Shown here piece by piece: positions 62,568-64,000 of a stretch of DNA of 64,000 nucleotides. Each line of letters starts with the position of its first letter. Within the stretch, counting starts at the first letter, position 1. The DNA lies in assembly GCF_035594765.1 (NCBI RefSeq), contig NC_085842.1:242679747-242743746 (forward strand), given 5' to 3'. Under the pieces are notes generated by a model. The model did not search any database and was not told the DNA's origin. It was given only the letters and a program-made list of their open reading frames with translations. Source of the stretch: Anolis carolinensis. Taxonomy: Eukaryota. The position numbers and the translations under genes are program-made.

Positions 62568-64000
62568 CTCTCGATTACTCTTCTTCCTCCTCTTCTTCAT
62601 CCTCCTCCTCTTTGGTGCCCCACCAATGCCAGTAGTAATGGCAGAAGCATATGAGGAAGCCAGTTGACTTCTTGACCCTTCACTCATTTTCTAAGATGTC
62701 ACGAGGATGCCAAATGTGAAGCAGAAGGTTGTCAAAGATGTGCTGGATCTCTGAAACAAGGCCATAATCTGTAATCCAAAGCAGAAGGGGCCTCCGGGGA
62801 ACCATCTGTCTTCCTAAGAAGCCTTGTGAACTGCTTTTTAGTATCAGGTGCATCATCTTGAGAAACCATCCCACATTCCAAGTAAAATCAGTTTAATGTT
62901 CCCACATAAAAAGAGCCATGGCCAGGTGGAGGATCATTACAGGAGGCACATGGGTGTGGAACTAAAAAGGTTTGCACGCTGCTGGAAAGAATTTATGTGG
63001 AAATTTATTACAGGTCCATTTGATATGTAAATCACAGCCACTTATGATTCAGTTTCTGGAAGTGGGCAGGTTTATGAGGGCTTAATATCTTTATGAGTGC
63101 AAAAATATCCCTTTTCAGGTTAGCCTTTCAGAGGATTTCTAATGAGAGAGGGTTTCACAATTGTAGAGAAGGAGAATTTAGAAGGCCCAGCCTAGTCCCA
63201 AATTATTTTTAAAATGAGTATTCTCTGTACACCAAAAGCAATCACTGTATCATTATACTGAGGCAAAGCACATCTAAGTATAACAGATGTGATACTTTAA
63301 GGGATTTATGAATGTTTTCATAGATGCATTTGAAAGAGAAGCACTAATGATGTAACAATAAGCCAGACTATAGAGATGAGTCTTGGCTGCCTGGGACCAA
63401 ACTGTCTGCCTTCATTTTAGTTCTGCTTGAAATTATAAATTATGAAATACAGATGCACATCTTTCAGATGCTCTTCTTCTTGCAATGGTGTGCCTACAAT
63501 ATATGGCATATCTTGCAGCTCATTTTTAACATCCCTTCCCAACAAAATTATTTTCAGTTATAATCATAACATGTTTGCTTAAACAACACAGTCATATAAG
63601 ATACAATCCACAAGCAAGAGCAAAGTATCAGGAAGGTTGAGAGAGCACCCAAAAACTGGCATTTGTATAAAAAATCTTTAGCCTTCCTCAACGAACAAAA
63701 CAAAACAAAAGGAGGAACACACCATCCTCTTAAAGAACAGTGCAATGGCAAATACATTGAGTTTTGATAATCCATTTACTCTACAAATGTAGATTGCAGC
63801 TAAATCAGGGGGTGAAAGGAGTGAATAGTCCAAGTGGGTGGTAGATAATGTCATAGTCCTTCCTAATAAATAAACTTGCATTTTGACCTGGTGAGTCCTA
63901 ACTCCACTATACCCCTGAAAACTTGGGAAACAACTGGTCTATTTTTTAAAAACCTGAAATACAGGAATAAGCTGTGGAAGAGGGTGTGGAGGTCAAAATC

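Overview
This is repeat-dense vertebrate DNA with no host protein-coding exon or RNA gene I can recognise, so it is probably intergenic or deep intronic. The repeat content points to a squamate reptile, most likely an Anolis-type lizard: Sauria SINEs, an L2-tailed Sauria-like SINE, Penelope-like elements with minimal hammerhead ribozymes, CR1, L2 and L1 fragments, Tc1/mariner, Tigger, hAT and Harbinger-type MITEs, solo LTRs, microsatellites and two N gaps. Nearly all listed ORFs are transposon fragments or chance ORFs. Three observations stand out. (1) Three divergent TSD-flanked solo LTRs keep a reading frame starting at LTR nucleotide 2. In two of them it is exactly 92 codons and aligns without gaps; all three end in F[SD]R-x14-16-R[RY]SxR[IL], which resembles the HMGN RRSARLSA nucleosome-binding core. 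This suggests a selected, LTR-encoded chromatin-tethering tail. (2) A 296-bp fully palindromic insertion carries two convergent CTCF-like motifs. (3) A 218-bp TSD-flanked hairpin mini-Penelope carries back-to-back hammerhead ribozyme cores. Family names come from my recall of consensus sequences, not from a database search.
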